A stretch of 64,000 nt of DNA from an uncultured Eubacteriales bacterium (GCA_902786855.1 CADAEH010000012.1:472-64471), one strand, 5' to 3'; positions 46,991 through 56,923 are shown, numbered from the stretch's first letter. Made by a program: numbers and translations. Notes: a model not told the origin generated them from the sequence alone.

Positions 46991-47114
46991 CACAATTTAC
47001 AAAAGAACATCGCAGCTTATCTGCATTTCGATTTGCAAAGGTCATCACAGCTTTTCCCGTGCATTTCGCAAAAGATCTCCGCAACTTTCCCGTGCAATTC
47101 GCAAAGGATTTCCG
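46991..47114. repeat. 3-4 degenerate 33-36-bp direct repeats
   Basis: Units share C(A)GCTTTTCCCGTGCA(T/A)TTCGCAAA(A/G)GAT. They lie 110-235 nt upstream of the adhesin ATG (46880). Confidence 0.6.
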
Positions 47115-47239
47115 CGTTTTTGCCCAGATCACACAATAAAAAAAGGCTATCACAGTTAAGGATCAAATGTGACAACCATAATAATGTATAGCCCTGCTAA
47201 TTGATACTTTATGAATTGCAGATCAGGGTTTTTCTGTTT

Positions 47240-47900
47240 TATATGACGTTTTGGGCTTTTTCCCTGATTCGTCATATAGGATCTCAGAAATGCTCCCGTT
47301 TTATATGACGTTTTGAGGCTTTTTTCCTGATTCGTCATATAGGATCTCAGAAATGCTCCCGTTTCATATGACGTTTTGGGCTTTTTCCCTGATTCGTCAT
47401 ATAGGATCTCAGAAATGCTCCCGTTTTATATGACGTTTTGAGGCTTTTTCCAATAAAGTCATATAATGCGGACCTTTTTCCATGTTTTTATATGACTTTT
47501 TGAAGCTTTTCCCAATAAAGTCATATAACGCGGACCTTTTTCCATGTTTTTATATGACTTTTTGAGGCTTTTTCCCAATAAAGTCATATAACGCGGGCCT
47601 TTTTTCAGGTCTTTATATGACGTATCGAAGCTTTTCCCAATAAAGTCATATAATGCGGACCTTTTTCCAAGTTTTTATATGACTTTTTGAAGCTTTTCCC
47701 AATAAAGTCATATAAATTGAACTCTTTCTCGTGTTTTTATATGACGTATCGAAGCTTTTCCCAATAAAGTCATATAAATTGAACTCTTTCTCGGGTTCTT
47801 ATATGACGTATCGAAGACTTCTCGCTTAAAGTCATATGAAACAAGATCTTTATCGGGTTCTTATATGACGTATCGAAGACTTCTCGCTTAAAGTCATATG
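47240..47900. repeat. 11 tandem 62-63-bp units, each with an 8-bp inverted repeat TATATGAC-N23-GTCATATA
   Basis: Left arms start at 47240, 47302, 47365, 47427, 47489, 47551, 47614, 47676, 47738, 47800 and 47862. Units fall into about four sub-families by block. 62 is not a multiple of 3, so the array is non-coding. Confidence 0.9.
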
Positions 47901-48010
47901 AAATGGTAGGGCATATGGAACGACAAGTCATCTGGAAGGGTAAGTCATCTGGTACGGTGAGTCATATGAATTGTAAATCATATTGAACGGCAATCTATGT
48001 GTTTCATATT

Positions 48011-48076
48011 TGAGATGTCATCTTGACCTGTTTGAGATGTCATCTTGACCTGTTTGAGATGTCATCTTGACCTGCT
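48011..48076. repeat. three tandem 22-bp repeats TGAGATGTCATCTTGACCTGTT
   Basis: Copies at 48011-48032, 48033-48054 and 48055-48076; the last has one mismatch. Each contains GTCA-TCT-TGAC. The array ends 10 nt before the LtrA stop codon. Confidence 0.9.
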
Positions 48077-48086
48077 GCATGGCTGT

Positions 48087-49235
48087 TCAGCAGATATGCT
48101 CTGATGCTTTGTATTTCTTCTGTGCTCTGTACAGTACCAGTACTATGCTCCATACATATACTGCTGTAACGAATATATTGACCATCATGTTTTGCCTGAA
48201 CGCCATCATCAGAGCGGCAAATACTGCGGCGGAGGCAAGCATCTTCAGAATGAATGCTGCATCAGGTGCGCATGTGTTCTTCGCGTATCCGCCGGTGCAG
48301 AACAGAAATGCAAAATAAGCGATTATCGAAACCGTGATGAATATGATCTTAGGCATCAGTGCCACTTCAGGCTCGCGCATGAACTCAAGAGCGACCGTGA
48401 TGCAGCCGAGCGCAAAAATAATGAATATGTGGATGATCATGTACAGCATGCCGCTGTCTTCTTTCTCACGGTCGAGCAAGTGATCATATATTATCTCGTA
48501 CGAAACGAAGAGTCCTGCGACGATCAGAAAGCCCATCAGCGAAAAATATATGACATTCCAGTCAAAGCTTCCATCACCGACAAAATATGCGGAGATAACG
48601 ATTATCATCTCGCCGAACGTGAACACAACGTAAAGCATCGCCCGCTCTGTCAGATGCATGAAGTCGATGATATTGGCAGGGCTCTTGCTCCTGCCTGCGA
48701 CCGTCAGAATAATACCGGCAAAAACAGCTGCAAAGGATACAGGTGCAACGGCTGCCTGCGGGAGGAATGACGCTGATAAAGCTATCGCTGCTTCTATGAA
48801 GAGGATCGCTGCCATGCGTTTTATAAGGACCCTGTTCCAGACATCAGCCTGGTGATTCCGGAGCTCTATCACATACTGGAGCCCGATGTTAACGAGTATC
48901 AGTGCCCAGGCAACATGGTACTGCATCTGATAGGCCGCCCAGTCGAGCCTGGTGCTTTCGCCGATAAAGTACATCAGGTACATGTTGACCAGCAGAAAAA
49001 CATGATCGCGCACCCCGTTACGCCCGAACATGTTGATATAGAATGTCGTGAAGTTCCAGATCTGTATTATCGAAAGCGTGCACAGAATATATGCCACAAA
49101 TGCATCCGCAGAGACAAAGCCATTCTCAAAATGACTGAGAATGGCATTGTTGCGGCCCACCATGTATACGAATACCAGATCGTATATCAGTTCGAGATAT
49201 TCGACTTTCTTTTCTTCATCCTGCAGTGCAAACAT
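48087..49235 (-). CDS. LtrA (low temperature requirement A) family membrane protein
   Basis: The N-terminal family motif VEYLELIYDLVFVYMVG is followed by about 10 TM segments. Confidence 0.6.
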   Translation of the reverse strand: MFALQDEEKKVEYLELIYDLVFVYMVGRNNAILSHFENGFVSADAFVAYILCTLSIIQIWNFTTFYINMFGRNGVRDHVFLLVNMYLMYFIGESTRLDWAAYQMQYHVAWALILVNIGLQYVIELRNHQADVWNRVLIKRMAAILFIEAAIALSASFLPQAAVAPVSFAAVFAGIILTVAGRSKSPANIIDFMHLTERAMLYVVFTFGEMIIVISAYFVGDGSFDWNVIYFSLMGFLIVAGLFVSYEIIYDHLLDREKEDSGMLYMIIHIFIIFALGCITVALEFMREPEVALMPKIIFITVSIIAYFAFLFCTGGYAKNTCAPDAAFILKMLASAAVFAALMMAFRQNMMVNIFVTAVYVWSIVLVLYRAQKKYKASEHIC

Positions 49236-49300
49236 TTTCTACCTCTCGATGCCGGCCGTGTTCTGTGATTTGACTGCCTCCGGATACCGGCCGTGCTCTT

Positions 49301-52102
49301 TTATCTGACTTTCAGTGATTTTGTTCTGCTCCGGATCCCGATATAGCGCTTGCCGCCCTTTGTCTTGTATGGTCTGACGGCTATATAGTAGCGCTTTCCT
49401 TTTTCGAGACCCTTTATCGTATAACCTTTCTTATTCCTGCCTTTGACCGTTATGATCCTGGCGTCTTTCAGGTCCTTATTCCCGGAAATGAGTATCTGAT
49501 ATCCGCTTGCACCCTTTGACTTCTTCCAGGCAGCCCTGATCGATGCTTTGCGGGCTTTGAAGCGTAGCTTCTTCAGGTCACGGAAGAAACAGTATCTGAT
49601 CCCGGAATACTTGCCCGGCTTTTTATTGCTGTCAACAGTGGCAGCGCGGATCTGGTAAAGTCCGCCTTTTTTCATTTTCCCGATCACGGCCGTATTTCCG
49701 GCAGCAGGGATGGTCTTCCACGGACCGGTGCCGGCCTTTCTGTATGCCACCTGATAACCGGCAGCTCCGTCTACAGCACCCAGGATGATCGTCATCTGTT
49801 TTTTCCTGAAGGATGCCTTAGTATCTATGGAAGGTGCATCGAGCTCTTTTGCTGTCTCCTGCGCTGGTGCCGGTGCCGGCCCGGTCTCGTCTCCGGTCAC
49901 GGTTATATTACATGTGGCGGTAAGGGTCACGTTGTCTGTTCCAAATAAAGTGGCAGTGAATGTTACTTCCGTCTTGCCCGGGACAAGGCCTTTTACTATC
50001 CCCTTCTCATCATCGATGACCTGCACCGGTTCTGAATCAGAGAATTCAAAAGAGTAAATGCAGTCCGGCATAGGTCTGTTCTCCGGACGCAAAAACTCAG
50101 GAATAAGCTGCCGTATCTCCCCCACATCAAGTGTCACATCCGGCAAACTGACACTTTCAGGATATGCTGCAGGTGTCAGATCAGGGTCATATACATGGAG
50201 CGTAAATGATTTGCTTACTCCGTTTCTCAGAGTGGCTGTGATAACAGCATCCCCGGTTCCGAGCAGCTCGATATCATCATAGTTGTTGATCTTAGCAACT
50301 GACTCATCAGATGAGGTCCTGGTGATCTTGCCCACTACAGCATCTTCAGGGAGGATCTTCATAGGATTACCATAGAAGCCATCTTTAACAGATGACCACA
50401 CCTCGTTCTTCGCAAAGAATATTTCCTCAGGTGCAGTTACTTCATCCTCACGTGCATAGACAGGGCAAAACGCGGTGTCATCATAAGGTACATATCCCGT
50501 ATGATCAGCCCCGGTCTCCTTTTCTTTCCAGCCCGTGAATACATATCCTTCTTTTTCAGGAGCTTCCGGTTCAAAGTGGAGAGGCGATGACCCTCTTATC
50601 TTTTCTGTATGAAAGACATCGCCGTTTTCATCTTCATACAAAATAGTGAAATGGACCTTCCCGACGGAATCGATATTATTGTTCACCCATTCACGCCGCT
50701 TGATTATCCATGTCCGGAGTTTCTCTGTGTCTCTGTCAAGATCGGCATCCACTTCATCAGATAAGCTCTTCATAAGCTCGTTGTCTGCCGTCCATGATTC
50801 ACGGATCTCATTTATGTACTGATCCATTAGGCCACTCTGGTCTGTGATCTCGCAGAGCTTTTTGTACATTCCGGAATCCGCATCTTTCCATCGTTCTTTA
50901 AGAAGTTCTGCAAAAAGCGGATCTTTTTCCCTGAGCGTGTCAGTCCACTGGAATTCAGTGGTATTGAAGCCCGGGGTATACCCCTCTTCCTCATCAGAAG
51001 CGATCGACCAGGCCAGATCAAAATCCCAGAGGGGACCCATGCACAGTTTTCCCCCCCTGTCCTTGTACATGTAAGTGCTCCCGGTACCATATGCATCTGT
51101 ATTGTAGGCGAACTCCTGCACCCACCAATAGTCCGCGAGAGACCTAAGGTCAATGAGCGAGGCTATCTGTTCATGGATCTCCGGTGTGATCTCCTCGGAT
51201 TTCATGATCAGATCATCAAGGTCCCGTATGTAATCTCTTATATACTCCCGCTGTCTGCGCTGACCTTCTTTCAGGTCTTCACTCTCAAATTCCGGATTTT
51301 TGTTAGTCAGTCTGATCCCGGAATCCGTTCTGAAATGAGTGCTGTCCGGGAGATCCTCGTCCTGAAACACATTGTAGATATCGAGCAGGTATCCGCCGGT
51401 GATCACATCGGTGTCTTTATCGCTTTTCTTAAGCTTTGGGATATTGACCCGGTATTCTCCGATATCTACCAGCTCGGACAGATCATAGCTGCCGAGGTAT
51501 TCCCTGTATGTTTCATCATCTCCGTCAACTCCGATCATGACAAAGTCCGCCGGGACGCTTTGCGGCGTAAATGACAGACCGATCTCATCTCCGAGCCAGG
51601 ATGTGATGCGGTTGCGGAGAAGAGTACTGTCATTCTCATTGGCCATCATAGCCCACTCTGTATCCGCTCCCATGCCGAAAAGATCCACGGCATCGGTGAA
51701 TTTGATCTTGTACGGTTTTTTAAGTGCATCTCCTTCACTCCAGGTAGAGTTTCCTCTGCCGCGGATAAACTTCATCGTGATCAGATCCGCAGGCACAGAA
51801 GCATGAGAGTATTTTCCTGTTTCAGGCAAAACGATCTTAACGCTGCCGATACTCCTGACTGAATGGTCCTTGCTGGTGTTCATGTCCTGAATGGTCCCGT
51901 AAGTGTTGTCCGGATCCGTTGCATTTGCCGCAGCGATATCATCTGCGTTCTCATTGACATAGACGATCACCAGCGGGATCCCGTTCACTGCTTTGAGGGA
52001 CTCAGAAGGATTTTCAGCGGCAAGAGAAATCACCGGCATGATAAAAAGCATCATCAATACCATACATACACGGCGGATCTTTCTCGATATATCCAGTCTC
52101 AT
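49301..52102 (-). CDS. secreted CotH-family kinase-like protein with Flg_new, Big_2-like and two C-terminal FN3-like domains
   Basis: A signal peptide; the CotH motif IRGRGNSTW...LKKPYKIKF; GYVFTGWKEK (Flg_new); Ig-like segments (DAVITATL..., KTEVTFTAT...); and a K/R-rich FN3-like C-terminus (GYQVAYRK..., GYQILISG...). Confidence 0.75.
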   Translation of the reverse strand: MRLDISRKIRRVCMVLMMLFIMPVISLAAENPSESLKAVNGIPLVIVYVNENADDIAAANATDPDNTYGTIQDMNTSKDHSVRSIGSVKIVLPETGKYSHASVPADLITMKFIRGRGNSTWSEGDALKKPYKIKFTDAVDLFGMGADTEWAMMANENDSTLLRNRITSWLGDEIGLSFTPQSVPADFVMIGVDGDDETYREYLGSYDLSELVDIGEYRVNIPKLKKSDKDTDVITGGYLLDIYNVFQDEDLPDSTHFRTDSGIRLTNKNPEFESEDLKEGQRRQREYIRDYIRDLDDLIMKSEEITPEIHEQIASLIDLRSLADYWWVQEFAYNTDAYGTGSTYMYKDRGGKLCMGPLWDFDLAWSIASDEEEGYTPGFNTTEFQWTDTLREKDPLFAELLKERWKDADSGMYKKLCEITDQSGLMDQYINEIRESWTADNELMKSLSDEVDADLDRDTEKLRTWIIKRREWVNNNIDSVGKVHFTILYEDENGDVFHTEKIRGSSPLHFEPEAPEKEGYVFTGWKEKETGADHTGYVPYDDTAFCPVYAREDEVTAPEEIFFAKNEVWSSVKDGFYGNPMKILPEDAVVGKITRTSSDESVAKINNYDDIELLGTGDAVITATLRNGVSKSFTLHVYDPDLTPAAYPESVSLPDVTLDVGEIRQLIPEFLRPENRPMPDCIYSFEFSDSEPVQVIDDEKGIVKGLVPGKTEVTFTATLFGTDNVTLTATCNITVTGDETGPAPAPAQETAKELDAPSIDTKASFRKKQMTIILGAVDGAAGYQVAYRKAGTGPWKTIPAAGNTAVIGKMKKGGLYQIRAATVDSNKKPGKYSGIRYCFFRDLKKLRFKARKASIRAAWKKSKGASGYQILISGNKDLKDARIITVKGRNKKGYTIKGLEKGKRYYIAVRPYKTKGGKRYIGIRSRTKSLKVR

Positions 52103-52139
52103 ATTTTATGTCCTTTCGGGCTGATCTCCTGCGACTGAT

Positions 52140-52796
52140 TCAGTATCCCATTTTTGCCATTATACCATCTGCATCAACACCCGGATGAGTCAGATACAGC
52201 CTGGCTATCTGATTGGTAAGAGCCCTGTCGTACCCGTATTTTGCAGCTATATCATCAGGATTCCTGTTCTTCTGCGTTTCCCGGATCACTGTCTCTATCT
52301 GCATCTTCAAATCGGCCTCGGCTGTTTTCGTAAATCTCCCCACGGGTTTCTGCGGGATGTCGATCCGTGCTACCTCAATATTGCCGTCATTGATATCTGC
52401 AGTTGCCATGGTGATCGCCTGATGAAAACGCCTCGGTCCGCAGCTGCCGGGATTGAGCAGAAGCGTTTTGCCCTGCCTGGCCATCTCATACCTGTGGGAG
52501 TGTCCGAACACTGCAAGATCATACCCGGACAGGTCTCCCGGCAGGTCCTTTTTCTTGTGAGTGATATAGATGCGCAGTCCCTCCAGTTCAAAGTCGAGGA
52601 ACATCGGAATGTGCGGTGCCCAGCCCATGTCATTGTTTCCTCGCACGGCATAGACCGGCGCGATCCGCGCCAGCCTGTCCAGTATCTCCTGCCCGCTTAT
52701 ATCTCCGGCGTGCAGGATCGCCTCACAGCCATCAAGTGCATCTGTTACCTCCGGTCTCAACAGACCGTGTGTATCTGAAATGATCCCGATCTTCAT
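52140..52796 (-). CDS. YfcE/MJ0936-type metallophosphoesterase with about 60-aa C-terminal extension
   Basis: MKIGIISDTHG, HAGDI, VRGNND and FGHSH motifs. Start taken at the ATG at 52796. Confidence 0.75.
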   Translation of the reverse strand: MKIGIISDTHGLLRPEVTDALDGCEAILHAGDISGQEILDRLARIAPVYAVRGNNDMGWAPHIPMFLDFELEGLRIYITHKKKDLPGDLSGYDLAVFGHSHRYEMARQGKTLLLNPGSCGPRRFHQAITMATADINDGNIEVARIDIPQKPVGRFTKTAEADLKMQIETVIRETQKNRNPDDIAAKYGYDRALTNQIARLYLTHPGVDADGIMAKMGY

Positions 52797-52838
52797 ATGC
52801 TTATTCACCTTCTGCAACCTGTTTCCTGCTGAAATATA

Positions 52839-53309
52839 TTAGCCTTTTTCATGATCACCAAAATAGTCTTTCAGTACTTCAATTGCCTGTTCCCTGAGAA
52901 CTCCTGCGGTCACTTCCGGCTGCCAGAACGAATTGTCAAAGACCATCTTACTGCAATTGCACCCGTCGTTGCCCAGTATCTCTTCGAGTTCCGTATTGCT
53001 CGCTCCGTATACCAGTCTGCCCAGTTTTACCCATACCATCGCGCCGCTGCACATAAAGCATGGCTCGCAACTGGAGTACAGTGTGTATTCTCTCAGATCT
53101 GTGATCCCTGTCTCCGCGCAGAAACGCCTGATAAGGCCGGCTTCCGCATGGAATGTCGGGTCATGCATCGTATAGATCTGGTTCTCATTGGTGTATACTA
53201 CTTCGCCATCCTTCACCAGTACCGCTCCGAAAGGCTCGTTACCGTTCCTGACCGCTGCCTTGGACAGTTCTATCGCTTTCTGCATAAAGAATGTGTCTTT
53301 GCTGCACAT
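52839..53309 (-). CDS. CMP/dCMP-type zinc deaminase (guanine/nucleoside deaminase-like)
   Basis: HAE (TFHAEAGLI) and PCxxC (CEPCFMCSGAM) zinc motifs. Start taken at MCSKDTFFMQKAIELS (53309). Confidence 0.75.
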   Translation of the reverse strand: MCSKDTFFMQKAIELSKAAVRNGNEPFGAVLVKDGEVVYTNENQIYTMHDPTFHAEAGLIRRFCAETGITDLREYTLYSSCEPCFMCSGAMVWVKLGRLVYGASNTELEEILGNDGCNCSKMVFDNSFWQPEVTAGVLREQAIEVLKDYFGDHEKG

Positions 53310-53370
53310 AATGGTCACCTCCTGTATCCGGTCCATTATACCATAGAGAGACAGAGACCCCCCTCTCTCC

Positions 53371-54450
53371 TCACAGATCATCATTCATAATAGCTTCAAT
53401 GACGATCTTTCCTACTTCGAAGTTGTTTTTCATAGCTGTAGGAAAGATATCCAGAGATTCAGCGCTGTCATCCGAGGAAATATCGTCTTCCACTTCTTTT
53501 CCCCAGAGGCTTTCAGGCGTTGCATCCAGCATGAATACGTCCATATTTACACTGTCACGGATGATCATGTACCGGTCGAGCATATCGAATGCCTCCACCA
53601 CGTTACTGACAGCGACATCTTCCATTTCTGTAACTGCATATGGATCAGGACAGCCGTATGTTTCTGCTAAAAGGACTGCATTTTTGTGATCGTACATGCC
53701 TTTCCAGTAATTGTCACCGGTTACGGAAGTACCTCTTAACACCATTGGCTCGCGTTCTGCCCATTCCTCTCCGGGAAAAGCGTTTTTCATATGCTGTTTT
53801 GTATTTTCAGTAGTTTCCGGCTTCACGTCCTTGACCAAGTCATAGACACGGTCCGTCAGCTCCGGGTCAAGCATGACAAAAGCAGAATCATCAAACTCGC
53901 TGTCGTGGAACCAGGTTATGTCTGAGGCCTCATCAAGCTCTCGCGGATCTGCATGATGCCCCAGATCAAAGTCAACAGCAGAGGAAATGACATACACATC
54001 GCCCATCACACCGTATTCATAAGCTGATCCGGCACATCCTGTGGAAAGTATGTATGCATCAGAGAAATCAAAACGTTCATCCGACAGCAAAGCGGTTGTA
54101 TTCAGTGTCGAATTGACTTTACCCTCTCCCACCAGGCACAGAGCAATATCATCTTTTACATATATCTTAGTGCCTTCGGTTCCGTTCTCAAGGTCGTACA
54201 CATCGCCGCCTTCGACGTATTCTTCGTAGTAGTACTGCGCCTCTCCTGGGAAGTCGCCTGACATCTCACCGACCTCGAATTTCGGCAGGATCAGTACCTT
54301 GACATGGATCTTGTCATCATTCGCCCTGGAAGAACATGCAGCGAGGGATAATGCGATCAATCCCAGCAGCACAACACACAGGTATTTTTTCCTGACGCAG
54401 TTATTATTGCTCAATTGTCCTACCTCCTGTTTTACCTGATCTTGCTGCAA
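53371..54450 (-). CDS. purine nucleoside permease (NUP family) lipoprotein
   Basis: Lipobox LSLAAC, then IHVKVLILPKFEVGEMSGDFPGEAQYYYEEY, which is typical of PF06516-type proteins as I recall them. Confidence 0.6.
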   Translation of the reverse strand: MQQDQVKQEVGQLSNNNCVRKKYLCVVLLGLIALSLAACSSRANDDKIHVKVLILPKFEVGEMSGDFPGEAQYYYEEYVEGGDVYDLENGTEGTKIYVKDDIALCLVGEGKVNSTLNTTALLSDERFDFSDAYILSTGCAGSAYEYGVMGDVYVISSAVDFDLGHHADPRELDEASDITWFHDSEFDDSAFVMLDPELTDRVYDLVKDVKPETTENTKQHMKNAFPGEEWAEREPMVLRGTSVTGDNYWKGMYDHKNAVLLAETYGCPDPYAVTEMEDVAVSNVVEAFDMLDRYMIIRDSVNMDVFMLDATPESLWGKEVEDDISSDDSAESLDIFPTAMKNNFEVGKIVIEAIMNDDL

Positions 54451-54459
54451 TGAATGCCA

Positions 54460-54921
54460 CTATCGTTCACTTAGCTGACTGCCGGCTTCCGGCATCAGTT
54501 CATCGCTGATGATCCCAAGCATCTCCCTGAATTTATCCACGTCTTCGGGCGCAAACCGATCCTCTATCCTTTCGCATACGAGGTGGATATAATCGAAAAT
54601 GACACCGTATTCTTCCCTGTAACGGTTCGTTGCTTCTATGCGGAATTCTCTCTTGTCAAGATCGTTCCTTTTACGCCTTATATATCCTCTTTCCTCGAGC
54701 TTGTTGAGACGATACGCTGTATTAGGAGCAGACAGTTTTGCATATCTTGAAAACTCAGCTACAGTCGGAGCGCCGAGAGCGATGATGATCTCCATATATA
54801 TCACTTCCTGCAGGCTCAGGTCACCGGGCATACTCCGTCCGCGTTCTTTCAGAGCCCGGTCATACAGCATCAGTTTGAATTTGTCATACATTGTATTGAA
54901 ATGCCGTTCCAGATCACTCAT
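54460..54921 (-). CDS. MarR-family transcriptional regulator
   Basis: 153 aa with a winged HTH (TVAEFSRYAKLSAPNTAYRLNKLEERGYIRRKRNDLDKREFRI). Confidence 0.7.
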   Translation of the reverse strand: MSDLERHFNTMYDKFKLMLYDRALKERGRSMPGDLSLQEVIYMEIIIALGAPTVAEFSRYAKLSAPNTAYRLNKLEERGYIRRKRNDLDKREFRIEATNRYREEYGVIFDYIHLVCERIEDRFAPEDVDKFREMLGIISDELMPEAGSQLSER

Positions 54922-54953
54922 AGTTCGCTCCTGTTCTGAGTTCCTTACTTTTT

Positions 54954-56723
54954 CTATAAATTGTTTTCCTTTTCTTCGTACCTCTTGACCTTTCCTGTTG
55001 TGGTTTTTGACATTTCTTCAGTCTGCAGGAGAAGCCTGTGCACGTGTTTGTATTTTGGCATATTACTGTTTATCCGGTCAATATCCCGCTCTACAGTTTC
55101 ACGGATCTGTTCGCCGGTGACAGCGCCATATTTATCTCTCATAATGTCTTCATCATAGACGATCTTGGCGACAAGCACCTCGTCCCTGTCGTCCGCGCCT
55201 TCACGCCTGACCTCTCCGAATACGATGTTCTCTTTTACGTATGGAAGTTCCGCTATGATCGTTTCGATCTCTTCAGGGTAGACATTCTTGCCGTTCTTGA
55301 GTACGATGACGTTCTTGGACCTTCCTGTAATATGGATATATCCGTGTTTGTCAAGGTATGCCAGGTCGCCGGTATGCAACCAGCCGTCCTTCAGCACTTT
55401 GGCGGTCTCTGCTCTATCCTGATAATACCCCATCATAACGCTCGGGGAACGCACGATGATCTCTCCGACCCCCTCTTCATTCGGGTCGGCGATCTGCACA
55501 TCCATGCCCGGGGTCCCGAGTCCGATTGAGCCAGGAGCACGGTTGAACAGATTCTCAGCTGCTATGACCGGAGCAGATTCTGTCATTCCGTATCCCTGGA
55601 CGACCTCGATGCCCAGATCCTCATATCCGCGGATGACTGCGCTGTCAAGTGCAGAAGCTCCGCTTACGACCATGCGCAGGCTGCCTCCAAGCTCATCCAG
55701 CACATCTTTGAACAGTTTTCTTCTGACATCGATCTTTACTTTTCTGAGCATGCGGGATATCCTGACACCCCTTTCGAATGTCTTCTCCTTGCCTTTCTTG
55801 CGAATGCCCGCCATGATCTTCTTATACATAGCCTCCATCAGAAGCGGCACCCCGATGAATACCGAAACGTGATATTCGACGAAATTCTTCTGCAGGTATT
55901 TGAGTCCGTCACAGAAAACAGTCGTCGCTCCGCATGCATACATAAGAAGCTGCCCTGTTGCTCCGAATGTGTGGTGGAACGGGAGAAGCGCTATGTTCAC
56001 ATCTCCATGTCTTATGTCTTCGACCTGTTTGAGGCTGTAAACGTTGAACATGATGTTTCTCTGATTCAGCATGACAGCCTTCGCCGCGCTTGTCGTACCT
56101 GATGTGAAGATCAGGTTGGAGAGCGCCTCGCGGTTGACCCTGAGCATATCAAAAGCGGTATTGCCGGACGCGATCTGTTCTCTGCCCTTCTCAAGAAGTT
56201 CACGGAAGCTGAGATAATCATCGCCGTCGTCCATGCAAATATATATAGATACCGCTGTCGGCGTTGACATAGGATCTGCGGCCTCTTTCTGAAGCTGTTC
56301 TGCAAGAGATGCGTGTTTCCTGTCGAATATAAGGACATTGCATCCGCTCTTCTGTATGGAAGTCTTGAGTTCAGTGTATGGCAGGCCTTTATCAAGAGGG
56401 ACGCATATACCGAGTCCGCTCATCGCTGCCAGATACGCAAGCTGCCAGTGATAAGAGTTCTCCCCGATGATTGCGATCCTGGCATGGCTGATGCCTATTG
56501 TCATCATGCCTGTGCCCAGCCTGCGGACATCTTCTTTCAGCTCTTTATATGATATGTTTCTGTAAACCGGCTCGGCTTTGCGTCCGGCTGACTTTTCCTT
56601 CAGTATGAATGCTGCATCATCTCCGTAAGACTCAGCTGCATAATCGAGCAGAGCACGTACGTTTTCATGCTCCTCCGCCGGATACACCGGTTTCAGCTGT
56701 TTTACCTGTATATTTTCACTCAT
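54954..56723 (-). CDS. AMP-dependent synthetase/ligase (long-chain acyl-CoA synthetase-like)
   Basis: AMP-binding motifs LIFTSGTTSAAKAVML, GYGMTE, TGDLAYLDKHGYIHITGRSKN and GKVKR. Confidence 0.8.
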   Translation of the reverse strand: MSENIQVKQLKPVYPAEEHENVRALLDYAAESYGDDAAFILKEKSAGRKAEPVYRNISYKELKEDVRRLGTGMMTIGISHARIAIIGENSYHWQLAYLAAMSGLGICVPLDKGLPYTELKTSIQKSGCNVLIFDRKHASLAEQLQKEAADPMSTPTAVSIYICMDDGDDYLSFRELLEKGREQIASGNTAFDMLRVNREALSNLIFTSGTTSAAKAVMLNQRNIMFNVYSLKQVEDIRHGDVNIALLPFHHTFGATGQLLMYACGATTVFCDGLKYLQKNFVEYHVSVFIGVPLLMEAMYKKIMAGIRKKGKEKTFERGVRISRMLRKVKIDVRRKLFKDVLDELGGSLRMVVSGASALDSAVIRGYEDLGIEVVQGYGMTESAPVIAAENLFNRAPGSIGLGTPGMDVQIADPNEEGVGEIIVRSPSVMMGYYQDRAETAKVLKDGWLHTGDLAYLDKHGYIHITGRSKNVIVLKNGKNVYPEEIETIIAELPYVKENIVFGEVRREGADDRDEVLVAKIVYDEDIMRDKYGAVTGEQIRETVERDIDRINSNMPKYKHVHRLLLQTEEMSKTTTGKVKRYEEKENNL

Positions 56724-56829
56724 TGTTGTGTTCCTTTCGTTTCTTTTCAGAGTTTACAGGGAGAGAGTATAATCCTCTCGGATATTTATTTCAATATATT
56801 TAGTTAAATTTTTTGAATTAATTTCAGGC

Positions 56830-56858
56830 AAAAAAACGCCCCGGACTATGCCGGGACG
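56830..56858 (-). terminator. rho-independent terminator after the 270-aa secreted repeat protein gene
   Basis: On the minus strand, CGUCCCGG-CAUAGU-CCGGGGCG is followed by U7. Confidence 0.65.
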
Positions 56859-56923
56859 TTCTGTGGTTTCTTTTGTTTTTGCAATGATGCGGTCAGGAGA
56901 CAGAGAACCGTCCCCTCGTCGCA

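Noticed and set aside
47240-47900. Possible CRISPR array, given the regular 62-bp period (similar to repeat plus spacer)
   Set aside because: The inter-palindrome segments are not unique; they repeat in blocks of 2-4 units. The conserved part is a split inverted repeat rather than one 28-37-nt repeat. No cas genes or leader are present in the window.
47240-48076. Type III toxin-antitoxin style RNA repeat array (ToxI-like)
   Set aside because: No ToxN/AbiQ-like endoribonuclease gene follows the array on either strand. The flanking genes are a giant adhesin and an LtrA membrane protein, and the units are longer than known antitoxin repeats.
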